A stretch of 64,000 bases of DNA from Minisyncoccota bacterium (lineage in GTDB: Bacteria; Patescibacteriota; Minisyncoccia; Phycocordibacterales; PALSA-1337). The position numbers and the translations under genes are program-made. A model generated the notes under the pieces. The model did not search any database. It saw only the letters and a list, made by a program, of their open reading frames with translations, and had not been told where the DNA came from. The stretch is from positions 22,384-86,383 of the forward strand of contig JBAZRG010000002.1 in NCBI GenBank assembly GCA_041663145.1. Reading direction: 5' to 3'. Shown here in pieces: positions 49,264 through 58,530 of the stretch (within the stretch, counting starts at the first letter, position 1; each line of letters starts with the position of its first letter).

Positions 49264-49797
49264 ATGTCCAGAATTGCCAAAAAACCAATAACACTCCCAG
49301 CCAAGACCGAGGCAACTTTTGCAAACGGCACCATGACTATCAAGGGTCCTTTGGGCAGTCTTTCGAAGATTTTCCGATCTCATATCAATATTGTGATTGC
49401 TAATAACGAAATCACTTTGACACCAGCTTTCGAAAGTTTGGAGACTCGAGCATTGTGGGGAACATATGCTTCTCATATCAAGAACATGATTGCCGGAGTC
49501 AATAAACCATATGAAAAGAAATTGGTTGTTGAAGGTATCGGTTACAAAGCCGATGTCAAAGGCAAAGATCTCGCTATGTCACTCGGTTTTTCACATCCTG
49601 TCATCATCCCTATACCAGCTGATCTCAAAGTAACAACAGAAAAGAACACAGTTACTATTTCCGGTATCGATTGTGAGAAAGTTGGTCAATTCGCCGCTCA
49701 GGTCCGATCCAAAAAGAAACCAGAACCATATCTAGGTAAAGGTATCAGATATTCGGATGAAGTGATCAGACGTAAGCAAGGTAAGAAAGCCGCATAA
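49264..49797 (+). CDS. rplF: 50S ribosomal protein L6
   Basis: [12 protein letters not shown]...; 177 aa. Confidence 0.9.
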   Translation: MSRIAKKPITLPAKTEATFANGTMTIKGPLGSLSKIFRSHINIVIANNEITLTPAFESLETRALWGTYASHIKNMIAGVNKPYEKKLVVEGIGYKADVKGKDLAMSLGFSHPVIIPIPADLKVTTEKNTVTISGIDCEKVGQFAAQVRSKKKPEPYLGKGIRYSDEVIRRKQGKKAA

Positions 49798-49814
49798 TCC
49801 ACAAAGTTAATAAT

Positions 49815-50165
49815 ATGAATACCCTCGAAAGAAAACATAAAGTATTTGCAAGACGAAAGCTCCGCATTCGTGCCAAGATACATGGCTCAGCAGACAGACC
49901 ACGTTTGTCGATCTTCAAATCTCACAAATACATTTATGCTCAGATCATCGATGATGATAAGGGTAATACTTTGGTTGCTTTCAGTTCGAAGGAAGGCAAG
50001 GGCAAGACTCCTGTCGATCGTGCAAAAGAAGTTGGACTCGAAGTGGCAAAGCTTGCCAAGACCGCCAAGATAGTGAAAGTAGTCTTTGATCGAGGTGGAT
50101 ATATTTATACAGGCAAGATCAAGATGGTCGCCGATGCCGCCCGTGAAGGAGGACTTTCATTTTAA
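49815..50165 (+). CDS. rplR: 50S ribosomal protein L18
   Basis: 116 aa; [20 protein letters not shown]. Confidence 0.9.
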   Translation: MNTLERKHKVFARRKLRIRAKIHGSADRPRLSIFKSHKYIYAQIIDDDKGNTLVAFSSKEGKGKTPVDRAKEVGLEVAKLAKTAKIVKVVFDRGGYIYTGKIKMVADAAREGGLSF

Positions 50166-50193
50166 ATAAATTATTATCATCGCAACAAATACA

Positions 50194-50985
50194 ATGACTG
50201 CCAAAGAAATCAAACAGAATAACGATAGTACTGCCGGAGGTGGGGCAGCGGCTTTGGATATCAATATTCCAGCTACTGGTGTTGATGTGGCAGCTATTTT
50301 GCCTGAGAGTGCCCATATTGCCGATGTTGCCGATATTCCTGCAACTGCTCCTACAGCAAACAAATTTACTCCTGGTCGCAAGATGCGTGGTGATCCGGCT
50401 CGCAGAGGTGGACATGGATCGGCTGGTCCTGGCGCTCAAAGCCGTGGTGGACCAAGAGGTGGTAGAGGAGAAACTCGTGAACGTGTTAAACCAGAATTTG
50501 ATTCCAAAATCATCGATATTCGCCGTGTGACTCGAGTCGCAGCCGGTGGACGAAGATATTCATTTAGCGTTGCAGTCGTTGCAGGAGACCGTAAGGGTCG
50601 CGTCGGTGTAGGTTTGGGTAAAGGTGGAGATACAGCTTTGTCAGTAGAAAAGGCCACTCGTGAAGCAAAGAAGAATCTCATCAAGATCACCCTTTCTCCT
50701 CAGATGACTATCCCTCATGCAGTAGAAGGTAAGTATGGCAGTGCACTCATAAAGATCTTTCCGGCTAGAGGAAGTGGTATTGTGGCTGGAAGCTCAGCTC
50801 GTGCTGTTATCGAACTTGCTGGTGTTAGAGATGTCTGTGCCAAATTCCTATCTGGTAGCAAAAATCGCCTCAACAATGCTCGCGCCGCTATCGAAGCTTT
50901 CCGATCACTATCAAAAACTTCCCGAGCCACACTTCGCGGTAAGACACCGAAAGTAAAAGAAGGTATAGCTCCAGTTCAGAAATAG
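50194..50985 (+). CDS. rpsE: 30S ribosomal protein S5 with a ~100-aa Gly/Ala/Arg-rich N-terminal extension
   Basis: The S5 core IIDIRRVTRVAAGGRRYSFSVAVVAGDRKGRVGVGLGKG is preceded by a low-complexity N-terminus. Confidence 0.9.
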   Translation: MTAKEIKQNNDSTAGGGAAALDINIPATGVDVAAILPESAHIADVADIPATAPTANKFTPGRKMRGDPARRGGHGSAGPGAQSRGGPRGGRGETRERVKPEFDSKIIDIRRVTRVAAGGRRYSFSVAVVAGDRKGRVGVGLGKGGDTALSVEKATREAKKNLIKITLSPQMTIPHAVEGKYGSALIKIFPARGSGIVAGSSARAVIELAGVRDVCAKFLSGSKNRLNNARAAIEAFRSLSKTSRATLRGKTPKVKEGIAPVQK

Positions 50986-51003
50986 TATAGAAATAATACA
51001 ACC

Positions 51004-51684
51004 ATGCAAACACATCAATTAAAAAGAAATCATCCAAACATGAAGCGCATGATCGTCGCTCGTGGTGGACATCGTGGAAAGACAGCCGGTCGTGGAGGCA
51101 AAGGTCAGTCAGCTCGTGCTGGTAACAAGCGCCGTCCAGAATGGAGAGATATCATCAAGCGTCTTCCAAAATTGCGTGGTCGTGGAGTAAATCAAAACAA
51201 ATCTTTTGCCATAGCAAATACAGTTATCAAACTGACGATTCTGGACAAGTCTTTTGATGCTAAGGAATCAGTTTCACCATCAATATTGATTGCAAAGGGT
51301 ATCATTCGTACAAAATCTGGAGTCATCCCAACTGTAAAAATATTGGGAGATGGCGAGATCACAAAAGCCCTCATGATTTCCGGTTGTCTTGTATCACAAT
51401 CAGCCAAGGAAAAAATAGAAAAGGTTGGTGGTATCATTACTCCAGTTCCATCCCGAGTCGTCGTTAAAGTTCCAGCAGTTAAGGTCGTCAAGGAAAAAGT
51501 TGAAAAGGCTCCAAATGCTGAGAAAACTGAAAAAATCACAAAGGTTGAAAAGACAACAAAAGTGACAGAGCCCGCAACTAAAGAGACTAAATCAAGAACT
51601 AAAACGGCTGAATCAACCGAATCAGCTGAACCAGCAAAGAAAGCCAAGAACGTAGCTAAGGTAGATAAAAAAGTTAAAAAATAA
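51004..51684 (+). CDS. rplO: 50S ribosomal protein L15 with a ~80-aa Lys/Glu/Thr-rich repetitive C-terminal extension
   Basis: The L15 core (KRMIVARGGHRGKTAGRGGKGQSARAG...) is followed by VKVVKEKVEKAPNAEKTEKITKVEKTTKV... There is no rpmD (L30) gene between rpsE and rplO. Confidence 0.9.
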   Translation: MQTHQLKRNHPNMKRMIVARGGHRGKTAGRGGKGQSARAGNKRRPEWRDIIKRLPKLRGRGVNQNKSFAIANTVIKLTILDKSFDAKESVSPSILIAKGIIRTKSGVIPTVKILGDGEITKALMISGCLVSQSAKEKIEKVGGIITPVPSRVVVKVPAVKVVKEKVEKAPNAEKTEKITKVEKTTKVTEPATKETKSRTKTAESTESAEPAKKAKNVAKVDKKVKK

Positions 51685-52973
51685 TGAAGAATTTTTGGGC
51701 AAAATTCCTAGTAGCGTTGAATGATCCTGTTTTGCGAAGGAGGGTTGGTTTTACCATCACGGCCCTCGTAATATTCCGTGTTTTTGCCACAATACCGATA
51801 CCGGGCGTTGATCCAAGTAGTTTGGCAAATATACTTTCATCCAGTCAGCTCTTGGGATTCTTGAACATATTCTCGGGCGGAGGTCTTTCTAACCTTTCTA
51901 TTGTGATGCTCGGTGTCGGTCCTTTCATTACAGCTTCGATCGTCATTCAGCTCATGACTATGATGTTCCCAAAATGGAAGGCACTCATGCACGAAGAAGG
52001 GGATGCGGGACGACAAAAGCTTTCTCAGTACTCACGACTTTTGGGTGCACCTCTGGCTATCGTCCAAGCAATTGGTTTTATAATTCTTTTGCAATCACAA
52101 AATGTTTTGCCACATTTGAATACTTTTGATTTTACTACAAATGTCATCATAATCGCCGCCGGATCGATGCTTCTCATGTGGATCGGCGAGCTCATATCGG
52201 AATTTGGCATCGGTAATGGAGTATCGCTTATCATATTTGCCGGTATCGTCTCCAGTCTGCCCGTATCAGTCATGCAGACCTATCAGAAGATCCTTACAAC
52301 CGGCGCGGCTGACTTGCCATTCTATATCATTATTTTGGTCGTAGCCGTAGCGGCTGTGGCTGGTGTAGTCTATGTAACCGAAGCCGATCGTTCCGTGCCT
52401 ATCACTTACGCAAAACAAGTTCGTGGCAATAAAGTATATGGTGGATCTTCGACATACTTGCCACTTCGACTCAATCAGTCCGGTGTTATACCGATAATCT
52501 TCGCACTTTCGATTCTATTGTTCCCTCAGATCATCGCGACTTCTTTGTCTAAGTTAGTTAGCTATCCAATTATTTCTGGAATTGCTTCTTCATTCGTCAC
52601 CATATTTAACAATCAATGGTTCTACGGCGCTTGTTACTTTATCCTAGTCGTACTTTTCACTTATTTCTACACGGCAGTCACATTCGATCCAAAGATGATT
52701 TCGGAAAATCTACAACGCTCCGGTGCATTCATACCGGGCGTCCGTCCAGGTGAACATACGCAGAATTATCTAGGTAATATCGTTACTCGTATCACATTGG
52801 TCGGTGCTTTGTTCCTAGGAGCTGTAGCTATTCTTCCACTCATAATTCAGGCATTTTCTTCATCGAATGATCGCTCGATGGCTATCGGTGGTACAGCCTT
52901 ACTCATCGTCGTTTCAGTAGTTATCGATCTCTTGAAGAAGATCGACGCTCAGGTTGCGATGAGAGAATACTAA
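51684..52973 (+). CDS. secY: Preprotein translocase subunit SecY
   Basis: 429 aa 10-TM protein; operon position after rplO. Confidence 0.95.
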   Translation: MKNFWAKFLVALNDPVLRRRVGFTITALVIFRVFATIPIPGVDPSSLANILSSSQLLGFLNIFSGGGLSNLSIVMLGVGPFITASIVIQLMTMMFPKWKALMHEEGDAGRQKLSQYSRLLGAPLAIVQAIGFIILLQSQNVLPHLNTFDFTTNVIIIAAGSMLLMWIGELISEFGIGNGVSLIIFAGIVSSLPVSVMQTYQKILTTGAADLPFYIIILVVAVAAVAGVVYVTEADRSVPITYAKQVRGNKVYGGSSTYLPLRLNQSGVIPIIFALSILLFPQIIATSLSKLVSYPIISGIASSFVTIFNNQWFYGACYFILVVLFTYFYTAVTFDPKMISENLQRSGAFIPGVRPGEHTQNYLGNIVTRITLVGALFLGAVAILPLIIQAFSSSNDRSMAIGGTALLIVVSVVIDLLKKIDAQVAMREY

Positions 52974-53012
52974 GTAAGTGCGAGTTTTTTTCTGTGCGCT
53001 ATAATAGAGCAC

Positions 53013-53603
53013 ATGACACCACGAACATTTTTATTTATCGGACGCTCTGGCTGTGGAAAGGGTACACAGGCCAAACTTCTCATGGATGCGCTAAAAGTCA
53101 ATGATCCCAAAAGCAACAGTGTGTATATTCAGACTGGCAATGAACTCAGGAATTTCATAAAGGGAGATACCTATACTCAGAAGTTAGCGAAAAACGTCTA
53201 TGATGACGGCGGTCTTATGCCCGAGTTTTTGACAGTCTACGAATGGTCGAAAGTTCTCATAGAGAGATTTTCCGGCCGAGAACATCTGATCTTTGACGGT
53301 TCACCACGCCGTCTACATGAAGCTGGTGTACTACATTCGATATTTGGTTTCTTTAAATTGAATAAACCATGCGTGATCCTGATCGATCTCGATAGAGACG
53401 TTGCCATAAAGAGATTGCTCGATAGGAAACGTCTCGATGATAATAAGGATGATATAGAAGAGAGAATGGCTTGGTTCGAGACAGATGTTATGCCAGCAAT
53501 AAACTTTTATCGCGATAACACTTTTTATGATTTTCTAGTAGTCGATGGAAATAGAAGTATCGAAGATATTCATGCTGATATAGTGAGTAAGGTTGGCTTT
53601 TAG
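53013..53603 (+). CDS. adk: Adenylate kinase
   Basis: P-loop GRSGCGKGTQA; 196 aa. Confidence 0.8.
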   Translation: MTPRTFLFIGRSGCGKGTQAKLLMDALKVNDPKSNSVYIQTGNELRNFIKGDTYTQKLAKNVYDDGGLMPEFLTVYEWSKVLIERFSGREHLIFDGSPRRLHEAGVLHSIFGFFKLNKPCVILIDLDRDVAIKRLLDRKRLDDNKDDIEERMAWFETDVMPAINFYRDNTFYDFLVVDGNRSIEDIHADIVSKVGF

Positions 53604-53604
53604 T

Positions 53605-54378
53605 ATGATCACCATAAAAACAAAGGAAGATATAGATATTTTGCGTGAAGGAGGCAAGCGTCACGCTTTTATCTTGAAAGAGTTGTCAGCTATGGTCAAA
53701 CCGGGTTTGGTTGTGCAAATCCTAGAAGATAAAGCACGAGAACTAATAGAAGAAGGAGGAGATCGTTCGGCATTTTTGAATTACACACCTGTCGGTTCGA
53801 AACGTCCGTATCCGGCTGTTTTATGTGTTTCCATCAACGATGAAATAGTCCATGGCATTCCGAATGAAAATGAAAAAGTCTTGAAAGAAGGCGATATAGT
53901 CAGTCTAGATCTGGGACTGGTTCATAAAGGATTGATAACCGATGCGGCTATCACGGTACCGGTTGGAAAGATTAGCGATGAATTGGAAACATTGTTGGAG
54001 TTAACAAAAAAAGCTATGTATGCCGGTATAAAGGAAGCCAAAGGTGGACGAAGAGTAGGTGATATAAGTAATGCTGTCGAAAGAGTGGCTATTCCAAAAG
54101 GTTACGGTGTGGTGCGAGAATTATCTGGTCATGGAGTCGGCTATCATGTCCACGAAGATCCTTATGTGCCAAATTTCGGCGAAGCCGGTAAAGGTAGTGT
54201 TTTGAAACCGGGCATGGTCATCGCTATTGAGCCGATGTTCAATCTGGGCACAGAAGAGATATATCTGGATGATGATGGTTATACATATCGAACTGCCGAT
54301 GGTAAACCGAGTGCTCATTTTGAGCATACGGTGGTGATTACCAAGAGTGGAGCGGAAATATTGACACAATACATATAA
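53605..54378 (+). CDS. map: Methionine aminopeptidase type I
   Basis: The start is taken at ATG 53605 (MITIKTKEDI...). Metal-binding residues lie in the D..D..H..E..E pattern (GHGVGYHVHE). Confidence 0.9.
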   Translation: MITIKTKEDIDILREGGKRHAFILKELSAMVKPGLVVQILEDKARELIEEGGDRSAFLNYTPVGSKRPYPAVLCVSINDEIVHGIPNENEKVLKEGDIVSLDLGLVHKGLITDAAITVPVGKISDELETLLELTKKAMYAGIKEAKGGRRVGDISNAVERVAIPKGYGVVRELSGHGVGYHVHEDPYVPNFGEAGKGSVLKPGMVIAIEPMFNLGTEEIYLDDDGYTYRTADGKPSAHFEHTVVITKSGAEILTQYI

Positions 54379-54398
54379 TGAAGTTATAATAAACAAAT

Positions 54399-55007
54399 AT
54401 GAATTCTCACCCAAAGTACGAGCGTACATTAGTAGTCATCAAACCCGACGGTATCCAGAGATCCCTGATCGGTGAAATTGTGAAGAGGTATGAAAGGGTA
54501 GGGTTGAAGTTGGTTGCGATAAAAATGATGGTACCTTCGGCGGACCTGATCGAGAAACACTATACTTTGGATCCTGAATGGCGCATAAAGACCGGATTGA
54601 AGACTATCAAGGGCTATACTGACAAGGGGCAAGTTCCTCCATATACGGATCCTCTAAAGATCACGGCTATTATCTTGAAAAATCTGATCAACTACATGAC
54701 CAAGGGTCCTGTGATCGCTATGGTCTGGCAAGGGGCGCATGCAGTGGAGCTGGTACGTAAGATCACGGGTGGAACAGAGCCTCTGACGTCACTGATGGGA
54801 ACTATTAGGGGTGATTTTGTGATCGATTCATATAGAATGTCTGATGTGGATGGCAGAGCAGTTCGCAATCTAGTGCATGCTTCGGGGTCTGTTAAGGAGG
54901 CAAATGATGAGATCGCCCACTGGTTCAAAAAGGAAGAAGTATTCAACTACAATGCAGTTGTGGAGCAGATGCTCTATGATGTGGATCTTGATGGGATTTT
55001 GGAGTAA
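54399..55007 (+). CDS. ndk: Nucleoside diphosphate kinase (long form)
   Basis: ERTLVVIKPDGIQRSLIGEIVKRYERVGLKLVAIKMM and the active-site His region are present. 202 aa. Confidence 0.85.
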   Translation: MNSHPKYERTLVVIKPDGIQRSLIGEIVKRYERVGLKLVAIKMMVPSADLIEKHYTLDPEWRIKTGLKTIKGYTDKGQVPPYTDPLKITAIILKNLINYMTKGPVIAMVWQGAHAVELVRKITGGTEPLTSLMGTIRGDFVIDSYRMSDVDGRAVRNLVHASGSVKEANDEIAHWFKKEEVFNYNAVVEQMLYDVDLDGILE

Positions 55008-55042
55008 GGCGGCACCATAGTCCTCTAAAAACGATCGTGCGT

Positions 55043-55216
55043 AATCGCTTTTGAATAACAGGCACTAACAGAATGTTCCCAGAACAATCCGAGTATGCGA
55101 TTGAGCTTCGAAAAATTACCCGTGTTTGGTGAAGCCCTGGAACCAAACACGGTTGTAATTTGAGAAGCGATTACGCAGGATTGTGGCGGGAACATTCTGT
55201 TAGTGCCTGTTATGAT
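55043..55216. repeat. Complex interleaved inverted-repeat structure downstream of ndk (pseudoknot-like or alternative stems)
   Basis: Pair A: cgtgcgtaatcgcttt (55043-55058) with gaagcgattacgcagg (55165-55180). Pair B: tgaataacaggcactaacagaatgttccc (~55060-55090) with gggaacattctgttagtgcctgttatga (~55188-55216). There is an inner hairpin cgtgtttggt...ccaaacacgg. Confidence 0.55.
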
Positions 55217-55587
55217 TTAATCACGTATTCGGATTGTTTCCGAAGTATTGTGGTACTGCCTTACCCAAATTTAATCCTAAGATTTCATTACAACTTGCAG
55301 TAATTACTGAATAATGTCGCAACTACTTTTTCCTCTTGCGCTTCGAGATGAGAGTAATACAATTAAGACAGATTGCGAGAGTAAAATCCTACAAAATTTT
55401 TATTTTTGGAATGTCGACGAACAGGTAGAGCTGTTCAATTTCTTCCGCGATCTTTATGACGTTGGAAGCTAGATAACCCACCTGGAACACCAGGTATATT
55501 ACTCTCGCGATCTATGAAGCGCATCCCGATCTATACAGATACGGGGTGCTTTTCTATATTATCCATTATCACGTATAATTGAACACA

Positions 55588-55962
55588 ATGAGATATCTTT
55601 TTGGATTCACACTGATCGCAATTGTTATGGCTTTTCAGTTTTCTGACGCACACAAGGAATTTGTATTGATTCCAGGATATGGAATTTTTCTGCATATCCT
55701 AGGAGGTATGGGAGTCGCGTTACTGGCTAGTGCCGTTTTGCGTTTTTGGCGTCTGAGTTTGTTGAAAAAGAATATTATTGTACTCATTCTGACTTTGGTG
55801 GCAGGTCTCGCCTGGGAATATTGGGAGATTTATTTTGGACTTACAGGCCGTGTACTTTGGAGCTCAGCTTATTTTATTGATACTTTAAAAGATCTGGCAG
55901 TCGATCTTATAGGTGGAATAGCGGCACTATTTTTTACCATAAAAAATGACAAATTATCCTAA
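55588..55962 (+). CDS. Small polytopic membrane protein of unknown function
   Basis: About 124 aa with 4 predicted TM helices. The start is taken at ATG 55588. Confidence 0.4.
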   Translation: MRYLFGFTLIAIVMAFQFSDAHKEFVLIPGYGIFLHILGGMGVALLASAVLRFWRLSLLKKNIIVLILTLVAGLAWEYWEIYFGLTGRVLWSSAYFIDTLKDLAVDLIGGIAALFFTIKNDKLS

Positions 55963-57334
55963 AATAAAATTTTGTGGTGGTGTCGGATCGGTAACCGGAG
56001 CAAATTTTTTGCTTGAAGTTTCGGATGAAATGAAGATCCTCGTCGATTGTGGTCTTGTTCAGGGTGATAAAGTGGCTATGAAAGAGAATAGGGAACCTTT
56101 CACATACGATCTCTCCGAGATCAAAGCTCTTTTCATTACTCATGCACATCTAGACCATGTTGGCCGTATTCCAAAGCTAGTAAAGGAGGGTTATCAGGGT
56201 CCCATTTATTCCACACCGGAGACGAAGGCATTGGCTGAAATAGTTTTGACTGATGCGGCATCCATATTGGCTATGGAGGCAAAACAAGATGGTGAAGAGC
56301 CATTATATGACATTAGCGATGTGGAGAAAGTTTTTCCGCTTTGGAATGCGATTCCATATCATCAGAATTTTGAATTGAATGATAAAGTGTCTGTTTTCTT
56401 CAAAGACGCTGGACATATTCTAGGCTCGGCAATGATAGAGTTTTCCATAAAAGACACTTCGAAAAATAACGATGTTTTGCGTGTATTATTTACAGGTGAT
56501 CTGGGCAATTCTCCTGCACCTCTCTTGAGAGATACTGAAGCAATTGGGGATGCGAATTATCTAGTTATGGAAAGCGTGTACGGAGATCGCAATCATGAAA
56601 GCAAAGAGGGAAGAATAAATAAGTTCCAAAAAATCATCAAAGATGCCTTGGATCGCGGTGGTACTCTAGTGATACCGGCTTTTTCTATAGATAGAACACA
56701 GGTACTGCTCTATGAACTCAACAATATGGTAGAAGAGGGGAAGATACCCGATGTTCCAGTCTACGTCGATTCACCTATGGCCATCAAGGCGACCGAGATA
56801 TACAAAAGTAACACCGATCTTTTCAACGATCATGTAAAAGAAAAAATTGCCAACGGAGATGATATCTTTCAATTTCCCAGATTGAAATTTACGGTCAGTT
56901 CGGCAGAATCTAGAAATATTAAAGAATATGAAGGAGCCAAAATCATTTTGGCTGGCTCGGGTATGTCAGTGGGTGGTAGAGTGATCGGTCATGAAGAATA
57001 TTTTCTTCCTGATCCAAAGAACACTATTCTTCTTGTAGGATATCAATCAGTCGGCTCACTCGGACGACATCTCGCAGATGGACAAAAGAAAGTGACTATA
57101 CACAAAAGGACGATAAAGGTGAAAGCTCATATCGAAACACTATATGGTTTTTCGGCTCATCGTGACAGTGACCATTTGGTTGAGTTTGTCTCGACTGGCA
57201 CAGATAAATTAAAAAATGTTTTTGTGGTTATGGGGGAACCTGGGGCTTCTATGCATCTGGCACAGCGTGTGAACGATGAATTGGGCGTAAAAGCCATTGT
57301 TCCGGACAGAGACAATGAATATACGCTATCGTAG
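55946..57334 (+). CDS. MBL-fold beta-CASP family RNA-metabolising hydrolase (RNase J / CPSF-like)
   Basis: HxHxDH motif ITHAHLDHVGRIP. The beta-CASP region and the C-terminal RNA-metabolising MBL domain are consistent with this family. 462 aa. Confidence 0.7.
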   Translation: MTNYPKIKFCGGVGSVTGANFLLEVSDEMKILVDCGLVQGDKVAMKENREPFTYDLSEIKALFITHAHLDHVGRIPKLVKEGYQGPIYSTPETKALAEIVLTDAASILAMEAKQDGEEPLYDISDVEKVFPLWNAIPYHQNFELNDKVSVFFKDAGHILGSAMIEFSIKDTSKNNDVLRVLFTGDLGNSPAPLLRDTEAIGDANYLVMESVYGDRNHESKEGRINKFQKIIKDALDRGGTLVIPAFSIDRTQVLLYELNNMVEEGKIPDVPVYVDSPMAIKATEIYKSNTDLFNDHVKEKIANGDDIFQFPRLKFTVSSAESRNIKEYEGAKIILAGSGMSVGGRVIGHEEYFLPDPKNTILLVGYQSVGSLGRHLADGQKKVTIHKRTIKVKAHIETLYGFSAHRDSDHLVEFVSTGTDKLKNVFVVMGEPGASMHLAQRVNDELGVKAIVPDRDNEYTLS

Positions 57335-57365
57335 AGCAACTATATCGAGAGTGATAGGGGGAGGG

Positions 57366-57710
57366 TTATTTTACCAGAGCTACAACTTTTGCAAATGTGT
57401 CCGGTTTGAATTCAGCCAAGTGAGCCAAAGATTTTCGATCGAGAGCGATACCTTTCTTTTTGGCAGCACCGATGAATTTGCTATATGAAAATCCAAGTGG
57501 ACGTAGAGCGGCATTGATCTTTACATTCCAAAGACGGCGAAAATCGCCTTTTTTATCCCTGCGATGGGCAAATGAATAAGCTCCGGCATGTGCCAAAGCA
57601 TCGGTAGCAGCTCTCTCGGTCTTTGATCGGCGAAAACGAAAACCTTTTGCGGCTTTGAGTGTCGATCGGCGATTCTTCAGTGCGTGTACTCCTTTTTTTA
57701 CTCTTGTCAT
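57366..57710 (-). CDS. rplT: 50S ribosomal protein L20
   Basis: MTRVKKGVHALKNRRSTLKAAKGFR... Confidence 0.95.
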   Translation of the reverse strand: MTRVKKGVHALKNRRSTLKAAKGFRFRRSKTERAATDALAHAGAYSFAHRRDKKGDFRRLWNVKINAALRPLGFSYSKFIGAAKKKGIALDRKSLAHLAEFKPDTFAKVVALVK

Positions 57711-57725
57711 TGTGGTGTTATTAGA

Positions 57726-57914
57726 TTATAGGTTTACTAGAAAACGGCTCTTGGATTTGTTATCCATGTGAACAGCGACCATGCCACTCTTCCTGGCGGC
57801 GACTTTGGTGCGTTCTTTGGCGTTGAAGTGATTTTGACCGGCTTTGCGAGACATAATCTTGCCATTCTTGGTCACTTTAAAACGCTTGGCGTATGATTTG
57901 TTTGTTTTAATCAT
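57726..57914 (-). CDS. rpmI: 50S ribosomal protein L35
   Basis: 62 aa; MIKTNKSYAKRFKVTKNGKIMSRKAG. Confidence 0.9.
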   Translation of the reverse strand: MIKTNKSYAKRFKVTKNGKIMSRKAGQNHFNAKERTKVAARKSGMVAVHMDNKSKSRFLVNL

Positions 57915-57935
57915 TGTATTCTAAATTATTACGTT

Positions 57936-58445
57936 CTATTTCTTTTCGATTATTACGGAAAGTCCTTTTGGTCCTTTTGTGACGGCTTGGACTATCTTGT
58001 ATTCTATCGTGATAAGTTTCAAAACACGCTCGAGTCTTTCTTTTAGGAAATTGATATCCATATACTTTGATCGGCCGACTAAGAAGAGATCAATCTTGAC
58101 TCTATTACCTTCGGTTAGCCATTCGGAAATTTTCTTGGCTTTGAGTTCTAGGTCGTGTTCACCTGTACCGATCTTGATTTGAATGATCTTTAACTCGCTC
58201 GTAATAGTCTTGGTCTTGGCACTCTTTTCTTTCTTTTTTTCATCGTACAGATACTTGCCATAGTCCATTATTTTGGCTACTGGCGGAACTGCTGTAGGTG
58301 ATATCTCGATCAGATCAAGTCCGCGCTTTTGAGCCTCAGATAGGGCTACTGTAAGAGCGATAACGCCGAGGTTTTCACCATCACCGGTGACGACTCGGAG
58401 TTCAGGTGCCTTGATTTGATGATTTATTTTGACTCGTATGACCAA
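57936..58445 (-). CDS. infC: Translation initiation factor IF-3 (non-AUG start likely)
   Basis: KINHQIKAPELRVVTGDGENLGVI and the C-terminal domain IKIGTGEHDLELKAKKISEWL are present. The ORF track extends to 58526, but homology begins near the TTG at 58445. Confidence 0.85.
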   Translation of the reverse strand: MVIRVKINHQIKAPELRVVTGDGENLGVIALTVALSEAQKRGLDLIEISPTAVPPVAKIMDYGKYLYDEKKKEKSAKTKTITSELKIIQIKIGTGEHDLELKAKKISEWLTEGNRVKIDLFLVGRSKYMDINFLKERLERVLKLITIEYKIVQAVTKGPKGLSVIIEKK

Positions 58446-58530
58446 TTGACTATGTATTACTTTACAAGGACTATTTATAGCATGTTTCGATGGGCTACGC
58501 AAGCGTTTAACGAGCTCACGACGCAATTGT

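Noticed and set aside
53593-53604. Alternative map start (MAFSM...) overlapping the adk stop
   Set aside because: The ATG at 53605 gives the canonical MetAP N-terminus (MITIKTKEDI) without overlap. The longer form is less likely.
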